From an uncultured virus (IMG/VR IMGVR_UViG_3300025305_000009) (lineage: Duplodnaviria; Heunggongvirae; Uroviricota; Caudoviricetes), in IMG/VR virus record IMGVR_UViG_3300025305_000009: a DNA stretch of 64,000 nt, one strand, 5' to 3'. Each line of letters starts with the position of its first letter. The stretch's first letter is position 1. The position numbers and the translations under genes were made by a program. The notes beneath the pieces were generated by a model. It ran no database searches and was not told where the DNA came from. It saw only the letters and a program-made list of their open reading frames with translations. Below, piece by piece: positions 39,338-48,517 of the stretch.

Positions 39338-40036
39338 TCACCCATTATAATATGAATCAGATTCTAGTGCAACCCAATAAGTGACATCATCATTTACTTT
39401 CTTGAATTGACTGATCACTTTGTCAGTAATGCTAACGTCATAATCACCCGGAAGCATCTTGAAATTTTCTGCCTTGAAGTAGAAATTAAAATCATGATCC
39501 CTGTTCGATAATTGTCCAAGACCTACTGAGTAATTATTTGTTGTTGAATCATTCTTCTCAAGTGCTACAATTTCCATCTCATCTCCATTAGAACGGATAG
39601 CAATATCTGAAACCTGAAGAACAGATGCTGCTCTCAAAACATCATTGAGTGTGTTATCAGTTAATGAAAATTCGACAACCGCGTCCGGCATATTAATCTC
39701 TTTGTCAACTATAGTTAACAAACAAGGTTCAGAATAATAATAAGTTACTTCTGATTTTTTGTTAATATCTCGGATAATAACATAAGTTTCATAGAATTCA
39801 AACTCAGGACTATTAAATAAAGAAACAGTTCCTAAAAATTTATTTAAGTCCCAAATTCCAAACTCAACATCAAAAGTTTCTTCAAGGGTTGCCTTACCCA
39901 TTACATTTTTAATAGGAGAAACTGTTTTGATAACACTTCCTGGTCTTACCAATATGTTTGAGTTGATAGAAGCAAAGTTCTTAAAAATATCAAGAGTTCG
40001 CTTTGATAAAGTCAAAGCAGTATTTGTTGTTGTCAT
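39338..40036 (-). CDS. gp45: Sliding clamp gp45
   Basis: LSKRTLDIFKNFASINSNI, FGIWDLNKFL, KMLPGDY, YWVALE. Confidence 0.94.
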   Translation of the reverse strand: MTTTNTALTLSKRTLDIFKNFASINSNILVRPGSVIKTVSPIKNVMGKATLEETFDVEFGIWDLNKFLGTVSLFNSPEFEFYETYVIIRDINKKSEVTYYYSEPCLLTIVDKEINMPDAVVEFSLTDNTLNDVLRAASVLQVSDIAIRSNGDEMEIVALEKNDSTTNNYSVGLGQLSNRDHDFNFYFKAENFKMLPGDYDVSITDKVISQFKKVNDDVTYWVALESDSYYNG

Positions 40037-40109
40037 AATATAATCTCCAATCATCAACAGGTTGTATTATACCTTGTCGTTTTTGTTTCACAAGACAAAA
40101 ATTCAAATA

Positions 40110-40304
40110 TCAACTGGCTTCTATGAAATCCTGATAAGCATCAGGATCAATTTCACCATTCACAACACCGTCAAGATATTTCTTCTCATTGTGTCTCTTT
40201 CTCTTTCTTTTTGATTTTCTTTGCCCACCACGATTCATATCTCGAATGTCTTCATACTCATTATATGAATTATTATTATTTCGGTTTCGTTTTTTGCGAC
40301 CCAC
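40110..40304 (-). CDS. Small basic hypothetical protein
   Basis: 64 aa ORF, GTG start with AGGAG upstream. Confidence 0.6.
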   Translation of the reverse strand: MGRKKRNRNNNNSYNEYEDIRDMNRGGQRKSKRKRKRHNEKKYLDGVVNGEIDPDAYQDFIEAS

Positions 40305-40321
40305 TTAACTAAAACTCCTTT

Positions 40322-41407
40322 CTATAATTCAACCCATTGGCTGGTATCTTGATCTGATATGTAAATATATAACTTACCAGCAGAATTATTAAACCAGTGA
40401 TCCCCTTCATTTGGAACCTCTGGTGCAACGTCTGAATTGGTAAAATTCATCGTACTAGTTGAAGAAAACGGTTCCCATCCACGTTCTTTTCCATGCTCCG
40501 GTGAAAAACCAAAAACTTCATCTTTATTTGCAATGTACAATTTTCCTCTACTATTGACCACATCTCCATACCAATATAGATTCTTAATTTGGTGTTCACC
40601 CAAAAATCTATTAACTTTAATTTTTTGTGTTACGCTTCTATGTGTAGGATCTTTCGGGCCGCTCGGTGGATCGGGGGGCGCATAACAACTATCGTCAGTA
40701 CATCTGTCATATATTCTACCACATTTTCCAGCGCATTTATAATATTTTTCGAATTCTTTTTCACATGTGAAGGGAACATGATGAGGCATATCATGATCCC
40801 TCCGAACACACCGCATGAATCTTTCTCTTGCACACCACGCTAAACCACTGCTACTAAAACAACCTTTATGGCATTCCATTGCCTGACAACCGCACCTCAT
40901 ATTATGAATTATACAATCAAAATCATACCCTTCAGATTCACCACATTCCTGAATCCACGCTTGCAGCATCTGAATTCTAATATAACAACAATCAATGGCT
41001 TCCTGTGTATTCTCTTCAATATTAAATTGTCCCAACCAAATAAATAATTGGGCCATACACATGCATTTTCGTTCCGGAGTTTCTGGTTGAGGTATACTAC
41101 CAGTACCGGGCCCTCCCAAACATTCTTCACAAATTATAGGAATAACTGGCACATGCTTAAGTGCATTACATCGACAAATAAACTTCCCCGGTTCCTCCCA
41201 GGTAGCGACCCTCCTACATAACGTAGTCTTATCACCATCATCACAGTTCCCGGGTCCCCCTGGCACCGATCCAGGTTCTGCTTCATTCCACGGCATCCAT
41301 TTACACAAACAATTACCCGCACACATAGACTCCCCCGGACGCGGGAACCCCGCACGCGGGGAGGTGCCATTTGTATAATTATCATCGCTTATTTGTCTAA
41401 ACTTCAT
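40322..41407 (-). CDS. Cysteine-rich protein with C-terminal virion-type module
   Basis: 26 Cys in ~215 aa; C-terminus has GDVV...GKLY.A...P...W then PNEGDHWFN...GKLYIY...WVEL. Alternative GTG start at 41440. Confidence 0.7.
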   Translation of the reverse strand: MKFRQISDDNYTNGTSPRAGFPRPGESMCAGNCLCKWMPWNEAEPGSVPGGPGNCDDGDKTTLCRRVATWEEPGKFICRCNALKHVPVIPIICEECLGGPGTGSIPQPETPERKCMCMAQLFIWLGQFNIEENTQEAIDCCYIRIQMLQAWIQECGESEGYDFDCIIHNMRCGCQAMECHKGCFSSSGLAWCARERFMRCVRRDHDMPHHVPFTCEKEFEKYYKCAGKCGRIYDRCTDDSCYAPPDPPSGPKDPTHRSVTQKIKVNRFLGEHQIKNLYWYGDVVNSRGKLYIANKDEVFGFSPEHGKERGWEPFSSTSTMNFTNSDVAPEVPNEGDHWFNNSAGKLYIYISDQDTSQWVEL

Positions 41408-41485
41408 ACCGTTTTCCGCTTGCTCCACAGAGAACCTCACCGGTCAACATCCGTTTATATCTACAAACACTACCATGCCCAGAAT

Positions 41486-41830
41486 TCATTTTTTATTCTT
41501 CTTTTTTCCTCGTTCAAGAGCATCTTGAAACATTTCAAGTTTCCGATTTGCAAATTTTCTCATGTATTTTTTATCATCTTTGTTTGTATTAAGTTGAAGA
41601 AGAAAACTATGCTCTGCAACAAAATCGTAAATGGGATCTTTCTTCCAAAACACCTTGACATAGACATCTTTGCCTTTCTCAAATGCCGGATATTTTTCCT
41701 TTGGAGCAAGTTTATATGAACGAATTTCTAAATGCGATGATAATATCATCAACCCATTTTTCAAATAATTGTAATATGATAAATTAGATTTTGAACTCAT
41801 CCCAATTGAAAATTTATTTTTTGTGGTCAC
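41486..41830 (-). CDS. Hypothetical basic protein
   Basis: 114 aa ORF, GTG start with GGAG upstream. Confidence 0.55.
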   Translation of the reverse strand: MTTKNKFSIGMSSKSNLSYYNYLKNGLMILSSHLEIRSYKLAPKEKYPAFEKGKDVYVKVFWKKDPIYDFVAEHSFLLQLNTNKDDKKYMRKFANRKLEMFQDALERGKKKNKK

Positions 41831-41853
41831 ACATTATACTCCACTTACATTAA

Positions 41854-43326
41854 CTATGTAGCAATTAACATTTCTTCATTAATTTCAGAAAGTGTAGTAG
41901 CCAAGTGACATATTGCTTCATATGGATCCATATTTGCTGCTGGTCTTCTGTCCTCAATATATCCGGTCCCATTCTTTACTGTAGTAGAGGGGATTCTAAG
42001 AGAAACACTTCTATCTGTTTCTCCCCATGTATACTCATCATATTTGGAAGTTTCGTTTTTGCCTGTCAGACGCTTGAAATTTCCAACGCCATAGTGGGAA
42101 ATTGCATCTTTATGATATTTTTCCATGAACGAACACAATAAAGTCATATATGGCATATCTGCACGTTCTCTCATGAATGACGTAGAGAAATTAATATGCG
42201 CACCAGATCCATTCCAATCATCGTCTTCTATCAATTTTGGATCATAGGAAATTGCAACATTTAATCTCTCTGCAATACGCTGAAGAAAAAATCTAGAAAA
42301 CCACAAGTTATCTGCTGCTTCAATTGCACCTGTTTCTTTAAGTTGATATTCCCACTGTGAAAGCATTACTTCTGCATTTATACCATGAACTTTAATTCCC
42401 GCAGAATTGCACGCCATTGCATGAGATTCTGATAAATCACGCATCACGTTTACATCTGAACCAATACCACAATAATAATCTCCCTGCGGCGGTGGAGTAT
42501 CATCATACTTATTCCACCCATGCGGTTGACCAGAAATCGGATCAACTATAATATATTCTTGCTCGATTCCAAATTGCATATCACTATTTTCTTTCTTCAT
42601 GTTTTGCCGAAGAACTGCACGTTTATTAGTTTTGTGAGGTTTACCTTCTGTGTCAAACACTTCACAAAGAACAGCAAACGAAGGCATTCTTACTCTTTCC
42701 ATTGTATTTGGAACCACACTTATCGGTTTTAAAATCAAATCACTATTGTCGGCATCCGCTTGTCCTGTACTAGATCCGTCAAATGACCACTCTGGAATAT
42801 GCTTAAGTAGTTCGTTTTGGTTTGTAATATTAGTAACTTGCTTAAGTTGTTCAAATCTAATTTTACTTCGCAATTTTGCTGGTGACCCACCATCAATCCA
42901 AATATATTCAAACTTTATCAATTGATTTTCTGGTAATTGCATCCCATCATTTGGTGCATTTTTTGGTGCGTTTCTAAAATCTTTTGGCGCATTTTTAAAA
43001 TCCTTTGATTTTGGGGGTGCTGGCTGTGGAACCTCTTCGCCCTTTGCCCACTTTTCTAATACTTCTTTCTCCCGATAACCACAAACCTTATTTCCAGTCT
43101 TGCTGTCAATAAAGAATGGTGTACCACATTGCGCATCATACATTGCTTTAACTTCATTTGCTCGCTTTAAATCTTCTGGTTTGTTTACGTCTAATGCTCT
43201 TATTTCATAACCATCTTCCCGCAACGCATCAACAACGGGGTCTGCCTTTTTGCACCACCCACACTTGGGATTCATTATATAAAGTAATTCACTCTTCTTT
43301 TTTGATTTACATTTTTTACAAGCCAT
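41854..43326 (-). CDS. Thioredoxin/glutaredoxin domain fused to type II glutamine synthetase
   Basis: N-terminus CGWC and GTP cis-Pro loop; GSII motifs YIWIDG, LRSK, WSFDGSST, NSD, GIEQEY, PQGDYYCG, NAEV, QWEYQ, WNGSGAH, RLTGKNET, DRSVSLRIP, YIEDRRP. Confidence 0.92.
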   Translation of the reverse strand: MACKKCKSKKKSELLYIMNPKCGWCKKADPVVDALREDGYEIRALDVNKPEDLKRANEVKAMYDAQCGTPFFIDSKTGNKVCGYREKEVLEKWAKGEEVPQPAPPKSKDFKNAPKDFRNAPKNAPNDGMQLPENQLIKFEYIWIDGGSPAKLRSKIRFEQLKQVTNITNQNELLKHIPEWSFDGSSTGQADADNSDLILKPISVVPNTMERVRMPSFAVLCEVFDTEGKPHKTNKRAVLRQNMKKENSDMQFGIEQEYIIVDPISGQPHGWNKYDDTPPPQGDYYCGIGSDVNVMRDLSESHAMACNSAGIKVHGINAEVMLSQWEYQLKETGAIEAADNLWFSRFFLQRIAERLNVAISYDPKLIEDDDWNGSGAHINFSTSFMRERADMPYMTLLCSFMEKYHKDAISHYGVGNFKRLTGKNETSKYDEYTWGETDRSVSLRIPSTTVKNGTGYIEDRRPAANMDPYEAICHLATTLSEINEEMLIAT

Positions 43327-43362
43327 TTCTATTTCCTTTATGTGCTATTTGTTGATATAAGT

Positions 43363-43391
43363 ATGATACCATAATTCTCAAATGTTGTCAA
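43363..43391 (-). promoter_or_regulatory. Sigma70-type (early) promoter for Trx-GSII
   Basis: TTGACA-N17-TATCAT with extended -10 TG; AAGGA RBS downstream. Confidence 0.75.
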
Positions 43392-43449
43392 TTATTTATT
43401 CAAAATTATAATCACCATATTTCAATTCCATCATTTTATCCTATTAAAA

Positions 43450-43605
43450 TTATTCTTCGTCTATCACTTCTTTGATGAGTATTTTTACCCATTCATTAAT
43501 ACTTACATCTAGATCGTGAGCAGATTTGGCAATATACTTAAACTCTTCATCAGTAATGTTTATTCGTATTGTGATTGTTGATTCTTTTTGTTTTATTTTT
43601 GCCAT
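43450..43605 (-). CDS. Small ribbon-helix-helix-like protein (51 aa)
   Basis: Manually read MAKIKQKESTITIRINITDEEFKYIAKSAHDLDVSINEWVKILIKEVIDEE; strand-helix-helix pattern. Confidence 0.6.
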   Translation of the reverse strand: MAKIKQKESTITIRINITDEEFKYIAKSAHDLDVSINEWVKILIKEVIDEE

Positions 43606-43606
43606 A

Positions 43607-44134
43607 TCATTTTATCCTACTGAAGTTATTCTTCTTTTCAATCACCACACAACATTCTCCATATCTTTTCGAGAAGTGTTGCACAAACTTTTCTTTTCTG
43701 TCTCCCCAATACACAAGACAACAACTCATACTTGCCCCTTTATTATTTGTATTTTCACCAATCATAAACTTCAATCTGGTGTCGTAAAGAAAACAAATAA
43801 CATCAGACTTGTAAATGAACTCTTTCCAGTGTGTTGTGTTTGTCGCTACAGGAATGAGGGCGATTATCTCCGAGTCGGTTTCGTGACATTTCCTCAACCA
43901 ATCTTTTATACCTCTTCCGTAAGGTGGATTCACAAAAATGGATTCGTGCTGATTCCAGTCATGCTCCAGTCCCCCTTCGTATAGTTCTGTATTGGCACCC
44001 ACTATACTTTCTTCGTTTGAACATGGGTCTAAATCAATAATTCCACCAAAAAACTCCCGAATGGGTATTGTAAATTTTGGTGGAGTGTTCCAATGAACAC
44101 TCGTTGTGTTTATTCTTCGTCCTGCTGTCATCAT
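43607..44134 (-). CDS. Phage N6-adenine DNA methyltransferase (Dam-phage family)
   Basis: WNTP, IDLDPC, FVNPPYGR, ALIPVATNT. Confidence 0.85.
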   Translation of the reverse strand: MMTAGRRINTTSVHWNTPPKFTIPIREFFGGIIDLDPCSNEESIVGANTELYEGGLEHDWNQHESIFVNPPYGRGIKDWLRKCHETDSEIIALIPVATNTTHWKEFIYKSDVICFLYDTRLKFMIGENTNNKGASMSCCLVYWGDRKEKFVQHFSKRYGECCVVIEKKNNFSRIK

Positions 44135-45846
44135 TTTATCCTACTGAAGTTATTCTTCTTCTCAAACACAATATGATTCTGGAACTTGTCCGTCATCGTA
44201 TCTGACTTATGACTAATTACGAATATGTTAGCACGGCTTCCGAAGGTTGTCAAGAGTTTTAGGAACTCTTCCGTGCCAACTGAATCCAAACTAGAATCAA
44301 ACACCTCATCTAATATTAACAAATTACAGTTAACGCTGTTCTTCATTCGTGCAATCTCACGCCACGCAAGTAAGAGCGATAGGTCAATACGCAATCGCTC
44401 ACCTTCACTAAAACTATAATATGTAAATTCATCTCGATGACGACTCTTGATTGTCTCATTAAAATTCTCATCAAGATTGAACTGACAAAAGAAATCCATG
44501 TCTGACAGATACTTGTTAATCAACCTATTCATAATTGGCAAGTAATGTTTAATAATCTTTGCTTTGATTCCGCTATCTTTCAGTAGACTACTTGCAATAT
44601 CATAGTAATGTCGATCTTCTATGAGTTCTTTACGCTTTTCAATGTGTTGTTTTCCTTCTCCAATCAACTGATTCCTCTCATCTCTTACGTTCTGTGTATC
44701 TTCATTCTGGTTCTGTACAAACTCTATTTGCTTTTGAACCTTGCTGATATATTGGTTTGACGCACCCACTTCACTTTGTAATTCGGTTATTTTTCTCTCT
44801 ACATTTTGAATTGTATCCAATATAGCATTAATATCGCTCAGTCTCTTTTCATGGTGCGAAATCTTAACTAACAATTCCTCTACACCCCTCTCAATTTCTG
44901 CTCGTTCATCGATCTTTTCCTTAATAACACATTCCTTATGGTGTTCTTGGATGTTCTGTTTGCAAGATGGACACATATCATTATCTTCATAGAACTTCAT
45001 ACTACTTTCAATAGTCTTTATCTTGCTCTTAAGTTGCTGTTCAATACTTTCCATCTTAATAAGATTTTTTGGGATAGACTCTTTATCTCGTATTTGATTG
45101 AACAAGTCAGTCACATTATTCTGCATCTTCAAAATGTCGTGATTAATTTCTTGAATCTTCGACTGTGTTTCTTCAATATCTCTTCTATAAATTTCTATTG
45201 AATCACTAGATTTCCGTTCAAGAGTCTTTATAGTCTTCCCCTTTTCTTCCACCTTGTTCTTAACAATCTCTATCTTATGGTCAATGTCCTTTACCTGTTC
45301 TTTTGTCATCTGAAATCTTGCACGAACAAGAGTATTCATTACAGAAAACACATCAATATCAAGTAAATTTTCAACAACGTCCCGCCGATCTGCTGCGGTG
45401 AGTTGCATGAATGGAACGTAGTTACTGCTTCCTAGAATCACTACCTGACAAAATGATTTATATGTCATCTTGAGAATCTGTTCTTCAAGAATCCTTTGAT
45501 AGTCTTTTGATTTTGAATCTTGAGGAATGAGTGTATTGTTCTTGTATATCTCAAACATTTTCGGATTCAGAGAACGAAACACACGATACTCATCCTTACC
45601 TATCGTAAACTCAATCTCCACTTCACAATTCTTCTCGTTGATAGAATTAGGAAGTTGAGGAATATTGATTCTACGAAATGATTTTCCAAACAAGGCAAAT
45701 GTCAATGCATCGAGTATCGTTGACTTACCCGCACCATTCTCACCTGATACAAGTGTATTGTTGTGACGAGTGAGATCTAGTGTGGTTTTGTAGTTGCCAG
45801 TTGAAAGAAAATTTCTCCAACTGAGTTGTGTAAAAACGATTCCCAT
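44131..45846 (-). CDS. gp46: Recombination endonuclease subunit gp46 (Rad50/SbcC-like)
   Basis: NFLSTGN, GENGAGKS, CPSC hook, FSEGE, ILDEVFDSSLD, VISH. Confidence 0.96.
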   Translation of the reverse strand: MGIVFTQLSWRNFLSTGNYKTTLDLTRHNNTLVSGENGAGKSTILDALTFALFGKSFRRINIPQLPNSINEKNCEVEIEFTIGKDEYRVFRSLNPKMFEIYKNNTLIPQDSKSKDYQRILEEQILKMTYKSFCQVVILGSSNYVPFMQLTAADRRDVVENLLDIDVFSVMNTLVRARFQMTKEQVKDIDHKIEIVKNKVEEKGKTIKTLERKSSDSIEIYRRDIEETQSKIQEINHDILKMQNNVTDLFNQIRDKESIPKNLIKMESIEQQLKSKIKTIESSMKFYEDNDMCPSCKQNIQEHHKECVIKEKIDERAEIERGVEELLVKISHHEKRLSDINAILDTIQNVERKITELQSEVGASNQYISKVQKQIEFVQNQNEDTQNVRDERNQLIGEGKQHIEKRKELIEDRHYYDIASSLLKDSGIKAKIIKHYLPIMNRLINKYLSDMDFFCQFNLDENFNETIKSRHRDEFTYYSFSEGERLRIDLSLLLAWREIARMKNSVNCNLLILDEVFDSSLDSVGTEEFLKLLTTFGSRANIFVISHKSDTMTDKFQNHIVFEKKNNFSRIK

Positions 45847-46040
45847 TAGTCGCTTTTCCTCTTCTTCGTGGAGCGGGAAATCCGACGTTCTTTCCGAGTC
45901 TTTTTATGCTTCGGACGATATTTCTGATAATCTTCTGAACAATGTGTTTTCATCCTTTCCTTTAACCACTCTTCTGTCTCTTCAGAAATATCATATTCAG
46001 AGTTTTCTCGTTTTTCAAATCTTGGATTCTTACCATTCAT
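45846..46040 (-). CDS. Small hypothetical protein
   Basis: 64 aa ORF between gp47 and gp46, coupled to both. Confidence 0.55.
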   Translation of the reverse strand: MNGKNPRFEKRENSEYDISEETEEWLKERMKTHCSEDYQKYRPKHKKTRKERRISRSTKKRKSD

Positions 46041-47083
46041 AAACTTAAACTCTCCATATACAAATCTTTGATGAGTTTCTTCATCCGTGCTTTGTCCTTC
46101 ACCTCATCAATAAATTCAATCTCATTATTAATAAGTGTAACAGTATCTTGTGCTAAGTCAACCAATTCTTCATCATCATCTAAAATGTCCAGTGCTTCCT
46201 CTACAATAGTGATTTTAGCAACACCCACATCATAGAGTTTATCAATAAACCGTTCAAACAAATAAGGATGGTTCTTGTTTTCTATAACCACACGAACATA
46301 AGTATCTTTGAGGTTAGTGAAATCTAATTTGTCTAATTCAGGTAATTTATTTTTGTCATTATAATTCAATTCAAGAAACATCCTAGATGGATTATTAATA
46401 AACTCAACTTCGCGGGTTTCGGTGTCTAGAACATGAAAACCCTTCTGTTCATGTAGATCAGAAAATGTGATCTGATACTGCGTTCCAAGATAATGTATAT
46501 TATCTCTTTCCTGACGGCAGTGGAAATGTCCTGAGAGAACCTTCTCATATCTTCTGAACAAATTGGGGTCCATGCCCCCTTTATATTCAATTCCACGCAT
46601 AACATGGTAGCCATCAAGTTCTAAATGTCCTATGAGAATAGGCGCATTGGCAGTCTTAATAAAATTAATGGATTCATCATAATTATCTTTGTTTACCCAC
46701 GGAAGCAATGCAATATTCAGACCATCGAAGTTTACCACCTGTGGTTCTTCATAAATTATCATGTCGTTGTAAAACAACTCTTGAAGTGAATTTACTCTAT
46801 TTGTGTTACGATAATAGACATCATGGTTCCCAAGAACGCAATGCATCTCAATATTGTTTTTGTGGAGTTTATCAATGAACCTTGTTCGTACTTGATGCAA
46901 ACTATTAAAATTCACGAACTTCCGACGATCCATGAAATCCCCTGCATGGATGATTGTCTTTATGTTATGTTCTTTGATGTAAGGGAAAAACACTTCATCA
47001 AAAAACTTCATAAAGTAATCTAAAAATATCTGAGAATCACCCCTTGCGGACCAATGAGTATCATTCAGTAGGGCTATCTTCAC
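46037..47083 (-). CDS. gp47: Recombination nuclease gp47 (Mre11/SbcD-like)
   Basis: DTH, GDFMDRRK, GNHD, GHLE, SGHFH; GTG start at 47083. Confidence 0.95.
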   Translation of the reverse strand: MKIALLNDTHWSARGDSQIFLDYFMKFFDEVFFPYIKEHNIKTIIHAGDFMDRRKFVNFNSLHQVRTRFIDKLHKNNIEMHCVLGNHDVYYRNTNRVNSLQELFYNDMIIYEEPQVVNFDGLNIALLPWVNKDNYDESINFIKTANAPILIGHLELDGYHVMRGIEYKGGMDPNLFRRYEKVLSGHFHCRQERDNIHYLGTQYQITFSDLHEQKGFHVLDTETREVEFINNPSRMFLELNYNDKNKLPELDKLDFTNLKDTYVRVVIENKNHPYLFERFIDKLYDVGVAKITIVEEALDILDDDEELVDLAQDTVTLINNEIEFIDEVKDKARMKKLIKDLYMESLSL

Positions 47084-47660
47084 TCTTATCATCCTCTAAA
47101 AATACATCAAGATTCTTTTTCTTCTTTTTCTTTTTTTTCTTCTTGGGTGTAAACTTTTCAATATCATTCTCATTCAACCGAAAATGATCATATATTGCTT
47201 GTTTCTGTTCTTCTGCATTATGCATTTTAGAAGTGTCAAAATAATTCTCTTTAAACCAATTCCTCTGCACACCGTCGTTTGCATTTTCTAAAATTTTATA
47301 TTTAATATACGATTGTTTTTTCTCTTTTTCTATTCGTCTAAGAAATGCATAATAAATGATCTGTGTGAAATATGAAAAAGGATTCTTTGATTTCTCTGGA
47401 TTAAAATTATTCGCATACATTAAGCAGTTTTCAATTCCATCTCCTGTCATCTCTTCTCTATATGGATAATTTATAAAGTTTGGTTTATACGATAAGTGTT
47501 CTGCTATTTTAAGAAAACACTCACCAATATAATTTGTAATTGGTGGTCTAGGATCACCACATGACTCTGCTTCAATTACCAACTCTTTCCATGCGACCAT
47601 TGCCTTGAAAAAATCTTTATTATTAACGTAATCATTAGCCTTATTTCGTTTCTTTACCAT
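47061..47660 (-). CDS. gp55: Late-transcription sigma factor gp55
   Basis: YVNNKDF, YIGECFLKIA, PNFINY, DGIENC, NPFSYFTQI, RRIEKEKKQ. Confidence 0.95.
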   Translation of the reverse strand: MVKKRNKANDYVNNKDFFKAMVAWKELVIEAESCGDPRPPITNYIGECFLKIAEHLSYKPNFINYPYREEMTGDGIENCLMYANNFNPEKSKNPFSYFTQIIYYAFLRRIEKEKKQSYIKYKILENANDGVQRNWFKENYFDTSKMHNAEEQKQAIYDHFRLNENDIEKFTPKKKKKKKKKKNLDVFLEDDKSEDSPTE

Positions 47661-47737
47661 ATAATATCATCCCTAATAACTTTAAATGTATCATATCATC
47701 GTTTCAGAAAAAATCAACATGATGTTTCATTTTTATG

Positions 47738-47766
47738 TTGACATTTTTCTTTTCTTCGTTTATACT
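47738..47766 (+). promoter_or_regulatory. Antisense sigma70-type promoter
   Basis: TTGACA-N17-TATACT on the + strand in the intergenic region upstream of gp55. Confidence 0.6.
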
Positions 47767-47797
47767 TTCTGTGTTAGCGGTAAACAAGATATATTAA

Positions 47798-48505
47798 TTA
47801 CTTAAAGTAATCTTCAAAGTTTGGTGACCAATCTGTCCAATCGTTACCGAAATCTTCTTCTTTTTGTCGTTTTTCATCATTACCTCTGTAATTTAATTTA
47901 TTATTGTTATTACCAAGAGTGTCTATTAAATTTTGTACATCATCTATGTCAATTAGTCCAGCATCTACTAAAGATGTTAATGCTTCTGGTGGAAGAAACA
48001 ATGTCATTGTGATGAAGTTTTTCATGTTTGGTGTAAAAATATCACCCTTGTTATCTTCTTCATCAAACTTAAGTCTTTCTTCCATTTCATCTAAGAGTTC
48101 TGGATATTCGTTAAACATTTCTTTCATCATGTTTATCATTTTATTATTATTTGTGTTGTTTTCTTGTGACAGTTTTTCATTTATATCAATAATTCTTTTA
48201 GGTGGTCTATTTTCGGTGTCTTCTTTTTCTTTTTCCATATTATACAAATCTATAACATTATTATCTGGAACAAGAAAAGTAGCAATATGATCTTTGGGAA
48301 TTTTTGCTTCTATTTCATTAGTATGAGATAACCAACTTTTTAAAATTGTGAGTTCCCTTTCTCTTCCATGTGGATCTGTCATATATCTGTGTAAAAATAT
48401 CATGGGCCTTTCAATAATCATTTGATCTTTGGTCTGTCCGTTAATTTTTGCAATGATTTCTTCTCCACTTCGTAATTTTAATATTCTATACGATGTTTTT
48501 TTCAT
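47798..48505 (-). CDS. Conserved hypothetical protein between uvsW and gp55 (Sm-like N-terminus)
   Basis: ILKLRSGEEIIA N-terminus; synteny. Confidence 0.65.
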   Translation of the reverse strand: MKKTSYRILKLRSGEEIIAKINGQTKDQMIIERPMIFLHRYMTDPHGRERELTILKSWLSHTNEIEAKIPKDHIATFLVPDNNVIDLYNMEKEKEDTENRPPKRIIDINEKLSQENNTNNNKMINMMKEMFNEYPELLDEMEERLKFDEEDNKGDIFTPNMKNFITMTLFLPPEALTSLVDAGLIDIDDVQNLIDTLGNNNNKLNYRGNDEKRQKEEDFGNDWTDWSPNFEDYFK

Positions 48506-48517
48506 TACCGTCCTCCT

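Larger units (their letters stand above)
43430..44169. repeat. Three direct copies of the gp46 3'-end sequence
   Basis: atcattttatcctactgaagttattcttctt identical at 43606-43636 and 44130-44160; 26/29 match at 43430-43458. Confidence 0.92.

Noticed and set aside
43526..43984. 152-aa + strand ORF
   Set aside because: Antisense to the adenine methyltransferase and RHH-like genes; no recognisable motifs.
43430..44169. The direct repeats as IS/transposon ends, att sites or a DGR TR/VR pair
   Set aside because: No transposase, integrase or reverse transcriptase in the window; no inverted repeats; two copies are identical and the unit is short.
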